Assembly: GCA_963664715.2 (NCBI GenBank) | Contig: CAXXUY010000011.1 | Location: 410,351-474,350, forward strand | Direction: 5' to 3' | Length of the DNA: 64,000 nt | Source of the DNA: Paracoccaceae bacterium | Lineage (GTDB): Bacteria > Pseudomonadota > Alphaproteobacteria > Rhodobacterales > Rhodobacteraceae | In this document: positions 39,094-49,030 of the stretch, piece by piece | Position numbering within the stretch: the first letter of the stretch is position 1 | How the letters are laid out: the number at the start of each line of letters is the position of its first letter | The notes under the pieces: model-generated | What the model was told of the DNA's origin: nothing | Databases searched by the model: none | The model's input: the letters and a program-made list of their open reading frames with translations, nothing else | Program-made: the position numbers and the translations under genes

Positions 39094-40677
39094 TCAATAT
39101 CCGATCGCGCATCCATCCTTTCTTTGGTCCGACGCACCCAAGAGGGTTCCGCGTTCGTGGTCAATCAGTATCGCCTGACCTCCTCCATGCGGTGACTCCG
39201 GGGTAACGACCTTGTGGCCCAGTCTTGCAAGGCCCTGTCTGACCTCCTGACCGTAGCCCCTTTCAAGTTGGAGTTCACCGTCTTCCGGAAAACAGCGGGG
39301 ACTATCCAGGGCCTCCTGGGGATTCATGCCGAAGTCGGCCATTCCCGAGACGACGCGGGCATGGCCTACGGCCTGGTATTGTCCACCCATCACACCAAAG
39401 GGCATAATGACCCGTCCGTGCTTGCGGAGCATCGCAGGAATGATCGTGTGCAACGGCCGCTTTCCACCTTCAAGTTCGTTCGGATGTCCCTCTGTCAGGC
39501 AGAATCCCGCGCCGCGACTGTGAAAATTGATGCCAAAGCGGCCGGATGCAAGCCCCGATCCGAAGCTGTGAAAGATCGAGTAGATCAGCGACACTGCCAT
39601 GAGATCCCTGTCCACGACCGTCAGCAATACCGTATCTCGATGCACCGCCCCAGTCTTGGACGGTACCCGAGTCATGGCCTTGGTGGAGTCAATCAGGTCA
39701 GCCAGCCGGGAAGCCGTATCCGGATCAAGCATGTGATCCAGCCTGACAGTCGTGCGGGCGTCGCCGACAAACCGGTCCCGTGCATCCATGGCCAGCTTTG
39801 CAGCCTCGGTTTCGATATGTGTTTTTTCAACACCATCCGGGTCCAGGGACCCAAGATCAAAACGTGAAAGGATGTTCGCAAGGAGCAGGGCCGTGACACC
39901 CTGACCGTTGGGAGGATGCTCAATGATCGAATAATCCCGGTATGAACCCTCGATCGGTTCGACGTATTCGGACGTGGTTTCTGCGAAATCCTCCAGGGTA
40001 TGCATTCCCCCCGAGCGCTGCAGGCTGTCAACCATGTCCTCGGCGACTTCACCTTCGTAGAAGGCAGAACGGCCGTGAAGCGCAACACGTCGAAGAACTT
40101 CCGCCTGTCCGGGAGCCCGGAACATCTGCCCGGCAGACGGTGCCCGCCCCTCCATGAGGTAGAATCTTCTGGCGTCCCCCTGCAGCACGTCAACGGCACG
40201 ATTCCAGTCAAACGCGACCCGGTCCGCCACGGGCACACCGCTCTCCGCATAATTGATGGCGGGTGCAAGGCTTGCTGCAAGGCCCATCCGACCCCAGTCA
40301 CCGGAAAGCCGGCAAAATGCGTCTATGGCACCGGGGACTGTAACCGCATCCGCCGAATACATGGGTACGACGGCGTGACCGAGTTGGCGAAGCCTGTCGG
40401 ATGATGAGTTCCGGGGAGCCTTGCCTGAACCATTCAACGCCACGACCCTGTCTTCGCCGGGAGGTTTCAGCAGCACGAAACAATCGCCGCCGATTCCGGT
40501 TGACTGCGGCTCGCAAATCCCGAGCAGCATTGCTGCCGCGATCGCGGCATCCACGGCATTCCCCCCATCCTCCAGCAACCGAACCGCCGCCAATGCCGCA
40601 AGCGGGTGCGAGGTCGCACACATTCCGTTGGCCGCAAAGACGGGTGATCTGCCGGGAATCTGGAAATCTCTTGTCAT
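39094..40677 (-). CDS. ggt: gamma-glutamyltransferase
   Basis: MCATSHPLAALAAVRLLEDGGNAVDAAIAA..CEPQSTGIGGDCF and the autoprocessing threonine context (DTVLLTVVD). I prefer the start MTRDFQIP at 40677; the track start is 40824. Confidence 0.9.
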   Translation of the reverse strand: MTRDFQIPGRSPVFAANGMCATSHPLAALAAVRLLEDGGNAVDAAIAAAMLLGICEPQSTGIGGDCFVLLKPPGEDRVVALNGSGKAPRNSSSDRLRQLGHAVVPMYSADAVTVPGAIDAFCRLSGDWGRMGLAASLAPAINYAESGVPVADRVAFDWNRAVDVLQGDARRFYLMEGRAPSAGQMFRAPGQAEVLRRVALHGRSAFYEGEVAEDMVDSLQRSGGMHTLEDFAETTSEYVEPIEGSYRDYSIIEHPPNGQGVTALLLANILSRFDLGSLDPDGVEKTHIETEAAKLAMDARDRFVGDARTTVRLDHMLDPDTASRLADLIDSTKAMTRVPSKTGAVHRDTVLLTVVDRDLMAVSLIYSIFHSFGSGLASGRFGINFHSRGAGFCLTEGHPNELEGGKRPLHTIIPAMLRKHGRVIMPFGVMGGQYQAVGHARVVSGMADFGMNPQEALDSPRCFPEDGELQLERGYGQEVRQGLARLGHKVVTPESPHGGGQAILIDHERGTLLGASDQRKDGCAIGY

Positions 40678-40855
40678 GTCAATCAATCTGCCTTCCGGAT
40701 TGAAGCGGTCTGACCCACCGGTGTTCCCCGGAACCGGGACTCGGCTGGCCGGCGCCTTGTGAAGCGGATTCCTGCCACTCCTGTTGCAACCGCGTTCCGG
40801 GTTTTCACGCGGAACAGCATTCAATTACGAAGACGGCTTGCACAACACAACAACA

Positions 40856-41239
40856 ATGACCAATTATGTCGTTATGCCGATTCAACTGTCCACTGTTCAA
40901 AACATACGCCAGAAGAGGCGTCGGGAGAGCGGCGCTGCCCGGACCGTCAGTTTCAGCAGGTCCGAACTCGGCATTATCCTGAATACCTATAGCAGGATGG
41001 TCGCCGCCGGAAGATGGCGTGACTACAGTATTTCCCACATGCCGGGAGCAGCTGTTTTCTCGGTGTTTCGGCATTCTGCCGAGCAGCCTCTCTACCGAAT
41101 CGAAAAACGTACTTCGCCCGGGCGCGGCCAGGACATTTACCTGGTGGTGGGAATGGATCGGAGAATCCTGAGGCGCGGCCACAACCTCAACCATGTCATG
41201 GGGCTGTTTGCACGGCAATTGTTGCGGATCGTGTCATAG
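40856..41239 (+). CDS. DUF2794 domain protein
   Basis: VSFSRSELGIILNTYSRMVAAGRWRDYSI...AVFSVFRHSAEQPLYRIEK matches my recollection of the alphaproteobacterial DUF2794 family. The start could also be 40784. Confidence 0.6.
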   Translation: MTNYVVMPIQLSTVQNIRQKRRRESGAARTVSFSRSELGIILNTYSRMVAAGRWRDYSISHMPGAAVFSVFRHSAEQPLYRIEKRTSPGRGQDIYLVVGMDRRILRRGHNLNHVMGLFARQLLRIVS

Positions 41240-41445
41240 CTGCGCAACCGCTCGCTCACGACAACGGAGATGACTGCCATCCGGCTCGAACTCGCTTCGG
41301 CGCATGGAGAAGTGCTCACCGATTCCGGCTCAGAACATTTTCGCAGGGGTTCGGTTGATGCCTGTGTCAAGGATTTGGGCGGGATTTGACCAGGCTTCCA
41401 GGAGACGAATCGAAATCCGGACGCCTGTCGAACTGGTCGTTCCTT

Positions 41446-42312
41446 TCACCGCAGTCCGGACCGGCTTTTGCTCTCGAGTCTCTTCACACCGCGAAACGGG
41501 GCGCTCCCATGGGCCTCGATACGGGCCACGACATCCTTGAAGGGCTCACATACTACCGACATGTGATGGGCTGTCGCGTGCAGCAGCTTGTCTTCGTCCA
41601 GCATGATTCCGACATGGCCTTTCCAGAAGACGAGATCTGACCGGCTCGGAAGCTCCCTCTCCGGCAGCCATTCTCCCAGGCTGATCTCCTGCATGTCGGA
41701 ATCGCGCGGGCACTCATATCCCGTCGCCAACAGGGCCATCTGCACCAGTCCGGAACAGTCGATCCCGGCCGGGCTGTTTCCGCCCCACAAGTAGGGAGAA
41801 CCCAGGAACTTTCGAGCTGCGGCGACAGGATCACCTGTCCGCACTTCGAATGGTCTGACATGTTCGGAGGGAACGAACCCGCCAGCTGTCAACCGAATGA
41901 ACCCTTCATTTTCGGACTCCTCGGGAGCTTCAAGCCGGGAGCCGAACGGGAGCCGTCTGACCGGACAGGTCTTGGCATCGGGTCTTTCATAGACATGTGT
42001 CCACAAGGAACTGACCCGATGAGTGGGATTGCAGGCCGAGCCCAGGTGACTTGCTCTCAGGTAACCGACATATCCATCCCGTTCCATTTGGCCGAATGCC
42101 CACCCTGCTCTGGATTCGAGTACGCGGAATCTCTCGCCAAACAAGAGCTGACTGTCCATCCCGCCGCCCGGAACATCATGCAGGGAGGCAATTCCGACAC
42201 GGCAGCAGAGCCAGTCACCTTCAACGAATCGCCGCGACTTCACCCTTCCCTTCAGTTCGATAGAGGCAATACGGTCGTTGGTCGGGATGGTTCGGCGATC
42301 CGCGGTCAGCAC
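41446..42312 (-). CDS. NlpC/P60 (C40) peptidase with SH3b-like N-terminal domains
   Basis: Catalytic Cys context FLGSPYLWGGNSPAGIDCSGLVQMAL and His context DLVFWKGHVGIM. The proposed GTG start at 42312 overlaps the upstream aminopeptidase stop; the track start at 42564 would overlap that gene by 86 codons. Confidence 0.75.
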   Translation of the reverse strand: MLTADRRTIPTNDRIASIELKGRVKSRRFVEGDWLCCRVGIASLHDVPGGGMDSQLLFGERFRVLESRAGWAFGQMERDGYVGYLRASHLGSACNPTHRVSSLWTHVYERPDAKTCPVRRLPFGSRLEAPEESENEGFIRLTAGGFVPSEHVRPFEVRTGDPVAAARKFLGSPYLWGGNSPAGIDCSGLVQMALLATGYECPRDSDMQEISLGEWLPERELPSRSDLVFWKGHVGIMLDEDKLLHATAHHMSVVCEPFKDVVARIEAHGSAPFRGVKRLESKSRSGLR

Positions 42313-43739
42313 ATCGTCTCCTGAATTGCCTCGAGCACCGCTCGGCCCGCCTGCCCACAACCGCCCTTCGGTATTCCCGGAGCGGATTCGCCCTGCCAGC
42401 AATAGATGTCGAAGTGAACGAATTTCTCCGGTTGGCTCACGAATTGATGCAGGAAGAGCGCCCCAACGATTGATCCCGCAAAACCCGACGATGGTGAATT
42501 TGCCATGTCGGCCATGTCTGAATTCAGCATCGCCCCGTATGGTTCCCAGAGAGGCATTCTCCAAAGCGGGTCGCGAACCTTCCGGCCGGCCTCAGTCAGG
42601 ACACCGGCAAGGTGGTCGCAGGCAGTATAGAACGGAACGACCTGCGGGCCGAGTGCGACTCTCGCGGCACCCGTGAGAGTGGCAAATGAAATCGTGAGAT
42701 CAGATTCACTTTCTCCTGCCAGGCTGAGCGCATCCGCCAGGAGAAGCCGGCCCTCTGCATCCGTGTTCGTAATTTCCACACTGACACCGCACTTCGAAAG
42801 GAGAACGTCACCTGGTCGAATCGATCTGCCGGAAACCGAGTTTTCGGCAACGGGTATCAGCGAACGAAGTCGTATCGGCAAACCGAGCCTCATGATCGCC
42901 CTGCAGAGGCCTGCTGTCACGGCAGCGCCGGCCATGTCCTTCTTCATGAGGGCCATGGTTCTTCCCGGCTTCATGTTCAATCCGCCTGTGTCGAAACAAA
43001 CCCCCTTGCCAATCAGCGTGACGAGTGGACCGGATGTTCCCCAGTTCAATTCAAGCAGGCGGGGTTCATGCTCCGAAGACCGCCCGACGGCAAAGGTCAG
43101 CGGGCATCGGTCAGCAAGTTCCGTCCCACTGATTACGCTGAATTCTGCGGATTGTTCCTCGGCGAGTGACCGGATGTCTGCCTCGAGACGGTCGGGCGTC
43201 ATTGAGGACGCCGGTGCGTTGATCATGTCCCGAATCATGAATTCGCTTTCAGCGATTATCCGCAGCCTCCCGGGATTCGAACCTTCTGGTGCCACCAGCA
43301 GGGCACCGCTTTCCTGCGTGTCCCGGCTTGCTCCAGATCGATACTGCGACAACAATGCGGCCAGCGCAGATTCGTCCCTGTCTTCCGGTCCGAGATCGTT
43401 TGAAAGACGGTAGTTGCCGGTCGGAAGCTTCTGCATGACGGACGCCAGATGAAATCGAACACCCGTTCCGGCCTTTTCGACTGGCCGTCCTGCCAGGACC
43501 TTGGCAACTCTTCCTGACTTGTCCGGCAAGGTTACAATCTCATCCGGTTTGGCAGCAAACCCGTTTGCCTGAACCCATCGTCGATTCCATTCGCTCGTGC
43601 TCCTGAACCAGACTGCCAGTTCGTAATCCGACAGCAATGTCAACGGAATGACCGGCGAGTTTCCGGATGCAAATTCTGGTTGCAATCTACCCTCCCGATC
43701 CGGGATCAAGGAACTGTGCCGACTGCCCCGGGAATCCAC
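42306..43739 (-). CDS. M17 leucyl aminopeptidase family protein
   Basis: Has the M17 signature NTDAEGRLLLADAL, metal-ligand blocks VCFDTGGLNMKPG and MKKDMAGAA. Confidence 0.85.
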   Translation of the reverse strand: MDSRGSRHSSLIPDREGRLQPEFASGNSPVIPLTLLSDYELAVWFRSTSEWNRRWVQANGFAAKPDEIVTLPDKSGRVAKVLAGRPVEKAGTGVRFHLASVMQKLPTGNYRLSNDLGPEDRDESALAALLSQYRSGASRDTQESGALLVAPEGSNPGRLRIIAESEFMIRDMINAPASSMTPDRLEADIRSLAEEQSAEFSVISGTELADRCPLTFAVGRSSEHEPRLLELNWGTSGPLVTLIGKGVCFDTGGLNMKPGRTMALMKKDMAGAAVTAGLCRAIMRLGLPIRLRSLIPVAENSVSGRSIRPGDVLLSKCGVSVEITNTDAEGRLLLADALSLAGESESDLTISFATLTGAARVALGPQVVPFYTACDHLAGVLTEAGRKVRDPLWRMPLWEPYGAMLNSDMADMANSPSSGFAGSIVGALFLHQFVSQPEKFVHFDIYCWQGESAPGIPKGGCGQAGRAVLEAIQETMC

Positions 43740-44762
43740 TTACCCTCGCTGGAGAATACGCCGTCCGTACAATTCGGCAATCTGGACAGCATTCAGCGCT
43801 GCACCCTTTCTCAGGTTGTCCGAGACACACCAGAAGTTCAAGCCGCTCCCGATTGTGTGATCCTGCCTGATCCTGCTCACGAAGGTGGCATAATCGCCTA
43901 CGCATTCCATCGGCGTGGTGTATCCCGCGTCCTGACGATCATCCACGACGACGATCCCGGGAGAAGTCCTCAGGATTTCCCTGGCTTCAGCTTCATCGAG
44001 GAAATCCTCAAACTCGACATTCACCGATTCCGAATGCCCGATGAACACGGGAACGCGGACGCATGTTGCAGACACCTCGATGGTCGGGTCCACGATTTTC
44101 TTCGTTTCGATGACCATCTTCCACTCTTCATGGGTTGAACCATCGTCGAGAAACTTGCCTATCTGCGGAATGACGTTGAAGGCAATGCGGCTCGGATAAA
44201 TCGAGGGAAGAACTTCCTCACCCGGACTGTAGATCGCCTTGGTCTGGTTCCAGAGTTCATCCATGGCGGCCTTGCCCGAGCCTGAAACCGACTGATACGT
44301 CGACACCACGACGCGCCTGATCCTCGCCCGCTCATGCAAGGGTTGCAGAACAACGACCATCTGTGCAGTCGAACAATTCGGATTGGCAATGATATTCCGC
44401 TCGCGAACTCCTTCGACTGCATCGGGATTGACCTCGGGCACAATCAGGGGAATGTCCGGTTCGTACCGATAGAGCGATGAATTGTCGATGACGGTGCAAC
44501 CGGCCTCGGCAGCACCTGGAGCATATTGTCGGGTTGCTTCCGACCCGATAGCAAACAGGGCGATGTCCCAACCCTCAAAATCAAAATCCGCAATGTCATC
44601 GACCGGAAGCTGCGAGTTGCCGAAGTCGACCTCCATGCCAAGCGACCGGTTGGATGCGAGCGCGGCGATATCGTCAACGGGAAATCTCCGCTCCGCGAGA
44701 ATGTTGAGCATTTCGCGACCGACATTGCCGGTCGCGCCGGCGACCACTACCCTGTAGCCCAT
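43740..44762 (-). CDS. asd: aspartate-semialdehyde dehydrogenase
   Basis: VVAGATGNVGREML, active-site IANPNCSTAQMV, and 340 aa length. Confidence 0.95.
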   Translation of the reverse strand: MGYRVVVAGATGNVGREMLNILAERRFPVDDIAALASNRSLGMEVDFGNSQLPVDDIADFDFEGWDIALFAIGSEATRQYAPGAAEAGCTVIDNSSLYRYEPDIPLIVPEVNPDAVEGVRERNIIANPNCSTAQMVVVLQPLHERARIRRVVVSTYQSVSGSGKAAMDELWNQTKAIYSPGEEVLPSIYPSRIAFNVIPQIGKFLDDGSTHEEWKMVIETKKIVDPTIEVSATCVRVPVFIGHSESVNVEFEDFLDEAEAREILRTSPGIVVVDDRQDAGYTTPMECVGDYATFVSRIRQDHTIGSGLNFWCVSDNLRKGAALNAVQIAELYGRRILQRG

Positions 44763-45033
44763 GAGTTTCTTTCCCGAGAATTTTGAAGGGGGTCTGATAA
44801 CGAAACCGTTGCAAGGTAAAAAGCGGAAATCGAAGCCGCGGGGCGGGCTGTCAGCAGGATGACCGGTAACTGTCGCGCGGCGGCAACTTGATCACTCCAG
44901 AGTCTGGTTTTGCGGGCAATCACCCTGCCATTCGAGCGAAGCGCGCCAGTTGCTGTTGTCATTGCCCCAAAGCGGCGCCGAAGAGGCAAGGAACCAAAAG
45001 GAGGACTCAGCGCCGGGTGACACCCCGCGAGTC

Positions 45034-45714
45034 TCACACGTAATCCAGAACCAGCGAACGTGTCGGCGGCGGCAGGTCCTTCTTGTCCAGTTGAACAGTG
45101 CATCCACAGGCGAAGTCCGTTTCCTCTTCGCCGAACAGTGCCAGAAACTCCGTGATGAAGTGCATCTCTCTCGGCTTGTAGCAAAGCGTTCGAAAATGCA
45201 TCGGAACAACGAGATTGGGTCGAACCAGCCCGACAATCCTCTCCAACTCCTCCAGGGAAATCACGGGAAACCCGCCAGCGTGACTGAGCAGGATGTTCAC
45301 GCCGCGAAAGAACTCGATCTGTTCTTCCGAAAAATCATTCCCGGCGTCACCCATATGGCCAATCTCGATACCGTCCATCTCGAAACGGTACATTGCGTTC
45401 TGGTCTGGATGACCACTTGGATGAAGTGCATGTTCCATTGCCTCGATCGCGGTAAAGCCAATGCCGTGCGAAGAGACATTCCCCCCGTCGAGTGTGACGT
45501 CCAGCGCATCGATCACCATCGCTCCGGGCTTCTTCGGAACGAGGTGGTCATTGTCATGAAAATCATCGTTGCTGCTTGACTTGATAACGATGTCCGCCGC
45601 ATCAGGAAACGGCTTGAATCCCGCCTTGTCTGGATCATAGGGATCAGTGACGATCATGACCCCGGCATCGCTTTCAATTCCGAAGCTTGCTTGTCCATAC
45701 CACGTAATCTTCAT
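45034..45714 (-). CDS. MBL-fold metallo-hydrolase
   Basis: MKITWYGQASFGIESDAGVMIVTDPY and later His-rich blocks (SSNDDFHDNDH; HMGDAG). The length of 226 aa is typical of the UPF0173-like MBL family. Confidence 0.7.
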   Translation of the reverse strand: MKITWYGQASFGIESDAGVMIVTDPYDPDKAGFKPFPDAADIVIKSSSNDDFHDNDHLVPKKPGAMVIDALDVTLDGGNVSSHGIGFTAIEAMEHALHPSGHPDQNAMYRFEMDGIEIGHMGDAGNDFSEEQIEFFRGVNILLSHAGGFPVISLEELERIVGLVRPNLVVPMHFRTLCYKPREMHFITEFLALFGEEETDFACGCTVQLDKKDLPPPTRSLVLDYV

Positions 45715-46379
45715 TAGCTGGCTCCCTGACGGTTCCTTCGGTTTGCGTATCCAACACTATCTATACCACGGCGCAGTTCCAGCAATACCCGAGTTCTGCC
45801 CATTGCATAAGGAACTCCCGGATCCCGTCATCTGCCGGGGCCTGGTTTTCTGACAAATAGCTGTTTCCGGGTCTGCAGGGCCAGACTTGACCCGCGGTGA
45901 CCGGGTCTTGTTGCATTTTGCCATGCCAGCGTGATTTCCGCTCAACTGTCCCGCCGCGACATTCTCCATCCGCAATCCGGTGGCGAGTTCCAGATGAGTC
46001 TTGCCATTGCCGCATGATGTACGTGCAATCCGGCACGATCGTGTAATCCGATCCAATTCCCAGCATTAAGGCGGATCATCAGGTCGGATCGGCCTGGATA
46101 GAAAGACAACCGCAAGCATTCCGAATTGCCGAGGAATTGATAAGTTGCGTCTGTTGATTCGGGCCGGCAACCGGGATTTGCGATGGCAGGAGTCTTTCAG
46201 ATGGGCAGCGATCCGGTTCGAGGTCGCAGACAGGACAGGACAATCCATTATCGTAGCCGCTGTTCATTTCGGGACGGCATTGATGCACTTCCAAGCATGC
46301 TGATTCAACCGGACAACGAGACAGGTCCGAGGCGACAGACCGGAAAATGAGCGCGGAAAGCAGGAAAGGAGCTCGCCCC

Positions 46380-47333
46380 ATGAAGGATTCGCCAAGACTA
46401 TACGTGGTTGGGGCCGGCGCAATGGGATGCCTTTTCGGCGGTTTGCTGGCCGAGGGCGGACTTGACGTGATGCTGGTGGATCCCTGGCAGGAGCATGTGG
46501 ACGCAATCAATGGCAATGGACTTCGGATTGTTGGATTTGGCGGGGACCGCGATATCTCGGTGAGGGCGGTTACCTCCCCGGCCGGACTGCCGGTCGCCGA
46601 CATTGTTTTCGTTCAGTGCAAGTCTTACTGCACCGCAGCCGCCATCGAATCGGCGGCAGGCGCCGTTGGCACGGATACGGTCGTGATTTCCTTCCAGAAC
46701 GGTCTCGGGAATGAGGAACTGCTGGCATCGGTTGTCGGCGAAGACAAGGTGCTCGGCGGGCTGACTGCTCAGGGCGCAAGCATGGAAGCGCCGGGCACGG
46801 TACGCAACTATTCCGAATTGCCCACGTGGATAGGCGAGATGTCCGGTGGTGTTTCCGAGCGGACAACAGGCCTCGCCAGGCTCTTGTCGGAACATGGTTT
46901 GCCGACCACTGCAAGTGAGAACATCCGCCTTGATATGTGGAAGAAACTCATGGCCAATGTCGGAGCCAGCGCCCCGTCCGGAATTGCAAGTCTCAGGATC
47001 AGGCAGCTGATGCAGGTACCTCACATGCGCGAGACGGTATATGCAGCGATCAGTGAAGCAGCTGAGGTTGCGAGGGCAACCGGACTTGACATTGACCCGA
47101 TCGAGGCCCGTGAAGTTCTCGACAAAGTCTCCGGTCCGGGCGGGACCGGCGACAACAAGTCATCACTGTGTATTGATCTGCTCCATGGACGCCCGACAGA
47201 GATCGACTTCATCAATGGCGCGATCGTTGAACTGGGCCTGTGTCACGGGATTCCGACGCCTGTCAACGCAACCCTGGTTTCAGCTGTAAAGGCGCTGGAA
47301 TTCCGCAATGCGGAACTTGGGTGCGAAGCGTGA
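46380..47333 (+). CDS. 2-dehydropantoate 2-reductase (ApbA/PanE) family oxidoreductase
   Basis: Rossmann fold LYVVGAGAMGCLFGGLLAEGG, a GAGGAG-like RBS (aggagctcgcccc ATG), and a C-terminal KSS..D...GR.TEID..NG block (NKSSLCIDLLHGRPTEIDFINGAIV). Confidence 0.8.
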   Translation: MKDSPRLYVVGAGAMGCLFGGLLAEGGLDVMLVDPWQEHVDAINGNGLRIVGFGGDRDISVRAVTSPAGLPVADIVFVQCKSYCTAAAIESAAGAVGTDTVVISFQNGLGNEELLASVVGEDKVLGGLTAQGASMEAPGTVRNYSELPTWIGEMSGGVSERTTGLARLLSEHGLPTTASENIRLDMWKKLMANVGASAPSGIASLRIRQLMQVPHMRETVYAAISEAAEVARATGLDIDPIEAREVLDKVSGPGGTGDNKSSLCIDLLHGRPTEIDFINGAIVELGLCHGIPTPVNATLVSAVKALEFRNAELGCEA

Positions 47334-48304
47334 TCACAGACATTCGACAGGCCGAATTCTGGGTGCCGTCACTGTCTGACATCGCCCTGGCTGTCGAGGA
47401 CGGACTTGGTTCGAACTATGCGGAAGTCGACGTCTCGGTTTTGCCTTGTCCGGACTTGCGAAACTTCGGTTGCGCGTTTTCTGGACTGGGCGGGGATCCC
47501 ATTCTCGTCGAGATCGGAGGTGAACCCCTTGTCCATAATCCCCGTTACCGGGACGAAGGAAGTCTTGATCTCCGCGAATTGCTGGAAGCATGTGGCCGGC
47601 CCCGCGGAAAACTCCTGGGTGCCGGGTTCCCGTCTCTGGCTGCCACCCGCGGCAAGTGCGGCGAGTTGATGCCATGCATGGAGTTGCCGGGACGCAATCT
47701 GAGCAAGCTGGCGCGTGTCGGCAGGCAAGGTCAGTGCATTGTCGAGGACTATCATTCTCATCTGCACGGCGGTTTGGGGAATCTCTATGTCTGCGACGGG
47801 TTGCCGGGTGATGTGATTCGCGTGGAGGTGCGCCGCAGAACCGGAGACGAGGGCTCGCTTTCACAGGCCATTCGGGCTTCGCTGCAGCCTCTGGTCGCCG
47901 ACACTCCGGGAAAGGAAATTGCGCTGGGAGGAGTATTTGCCGTTGAGCAGGGGAAAGTGCGCGCACATGTGTCACCGGATTTCGACTGTGTTCCGTTCCC
48001 CTATTATGACCAGGACGAGGAAAAGGTGGTTCGTCCGGACTTCCTCCAGTTTTACGACGGGATGGGGCCGGAACTGATGTGCATGTCAGTTCTTTGGACG
48101 GGCGACCCGTCCGAAGGAGCTCTGAACCTGCGTCCGACAGGTGAGCATACCCATTTCTTCAGCACAAGGGGCCGAAACGAGGCCGGGCACTATCACTACG
48201 ATGTCACACCCGAAACGATCCACTATGTCGGCTGCTTTCATCCGGCCGGGCATATCGTGCGGGTGGCCGACATCTACGCGATTCTCGGAAAAAGACCGGA
48301 CTGA
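47330..48304 (+). CDS. DUF1907 protein (homolog of eukaryotic C11orf54/PTD012 ester hydrolase)
   Basis: FWVPSLSDIALAVEDGLGSNYAEVDVSVLPCPDL and GEHTHFFSTRGRNEAGHYHYDVTPETIHYVGCF parallel my recollection of the human C11orf54 N- and C-terminal blocks (FHVPSLEEL...VSVVDCPDL; LEHTHFFSRHGEGGHYHYDTTPD). The GTG start overlaps the upstream stop (GTGA). Confidence 0.75.
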   Translation: MITDIRQAEFWVPSLSDIALAVEDGLGSNYAEVDVSVLPCPDLRNFGCAFSGLGGDPILVEIGGEPLVHNPRYRDEGSLDLRELLEACGRPRGKLLGAGFPSLAATRGKCGELMPCMELPGRNLSKLARVGRQGQCIVEDYHSHLHGGLGNLYVCDGLPGDVIRVEVRRRTGDEGSLSQAIRASLQPLVADTPGKEIALGGVFAVEQGKVRAHVSPDFDCVPFPYYDQDEEKVVRPDFLQFYDGMGPELMCMSVLWTGDPSEGALNLRPTGEHTHFFSTRGRNEAGHYHYDVTPETIHYVGCFHPAGHIVRVADIYAILGKRPD

Positions 48305-48418
48305 CCGCAGCCACACCCGCCTTCTCCGTGGAAAGGTGCTTCGATCCGCCGGCCTGGCTCATCACGTTTTCAGATTTCCCGGGAACATTACTGCTGTCCG
48401 ACCTTCCCGTATCCGCCT

Positions 48419-49030
48419 TCACGACGCCAACCCGCCGTTTGATTCGCCCGCAATGAGAAGGCACGAAGCCAGGATGCGTCGGGAATCGTCGAACACGGGC
48501 GGTTTTTCACCCATCCACCTGGAATACATCCTGTGCGGCTGGTGTTTGCCGGCGCGGAGGCTGCCCAGGCATTCGGCTGACTCGGCGACAAAGGTCTCAA
48601 GTCGTCGCACCCTGTTTGCGCGGTATGTCTCGCGATGAGCGGTTTCCATACGCATGTGGAAGAGCGAACTCCGGGCACGGGGTGAAATCTCGATATGGTC
48701 CAGCGAGATCGGAAGACTGCTCCAGCGCCGATCTGCCTTGCGGTAAAGGCTGCGTGCGATCTGCTCCGCCCCGAATCGTCGGAAGGTGTATGCCAGGTTG
48801 GCCAGCGCGGTTATCCTGCGACGGTCCTGGCGGTCCATTGTCAGTTCACCGAGCAGGTAAGCCAGAAGAAACATCATTGCCGGCCGAATGATACTGCCCG
48901 ATACGACACGGGCATTGGCAACTTCCTGGACCCGCTCCCACACAAGTTCGGAACGGTTCCAGCCCGAATCCATGGCGGCGCGAACTTCTGCCGCAGGGAC
49001 ATCAAACCCCCAGATAGGCAGCCCGAACAT
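48419..49030 (-). CDS. hypothetical protein
   Basis: An open frame of about 200 codons on the same strand as, and directly downstream of, the liv-type operon. No motif was recognised. The start is uncertain (MFGLPIWGF at 49030 overlaps the livF-like 3' end). Confidence 0.3.
   Translation of the reverse strand: MFGLPIWGFDVPAAEVRAAMDSGWNRSELVWERVQEVANARVVSGSIIRPAMMFLLAYLLGELTMDRQDRRRITALANLAYTFRRFGAEQIARSLYRKADRRWSSLPISLDHIEISPRARSSLFHMRMETAHRETYRANRVRRLETFVAESAECLGSLRAGKHQPHRMYSRWMGEKPPVFDDSRRILASCLLIAGESNGGLAS

Noticed and set aside
46140-46240. A tRNA-like T-arm string (ccggttcgaggtc).
   Set aside because: The flanking sequence cannot be folded into acceptor, D and anticodon stems, and the T-loop is non-canonical. 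No tRNA is supported anywhere in the window.
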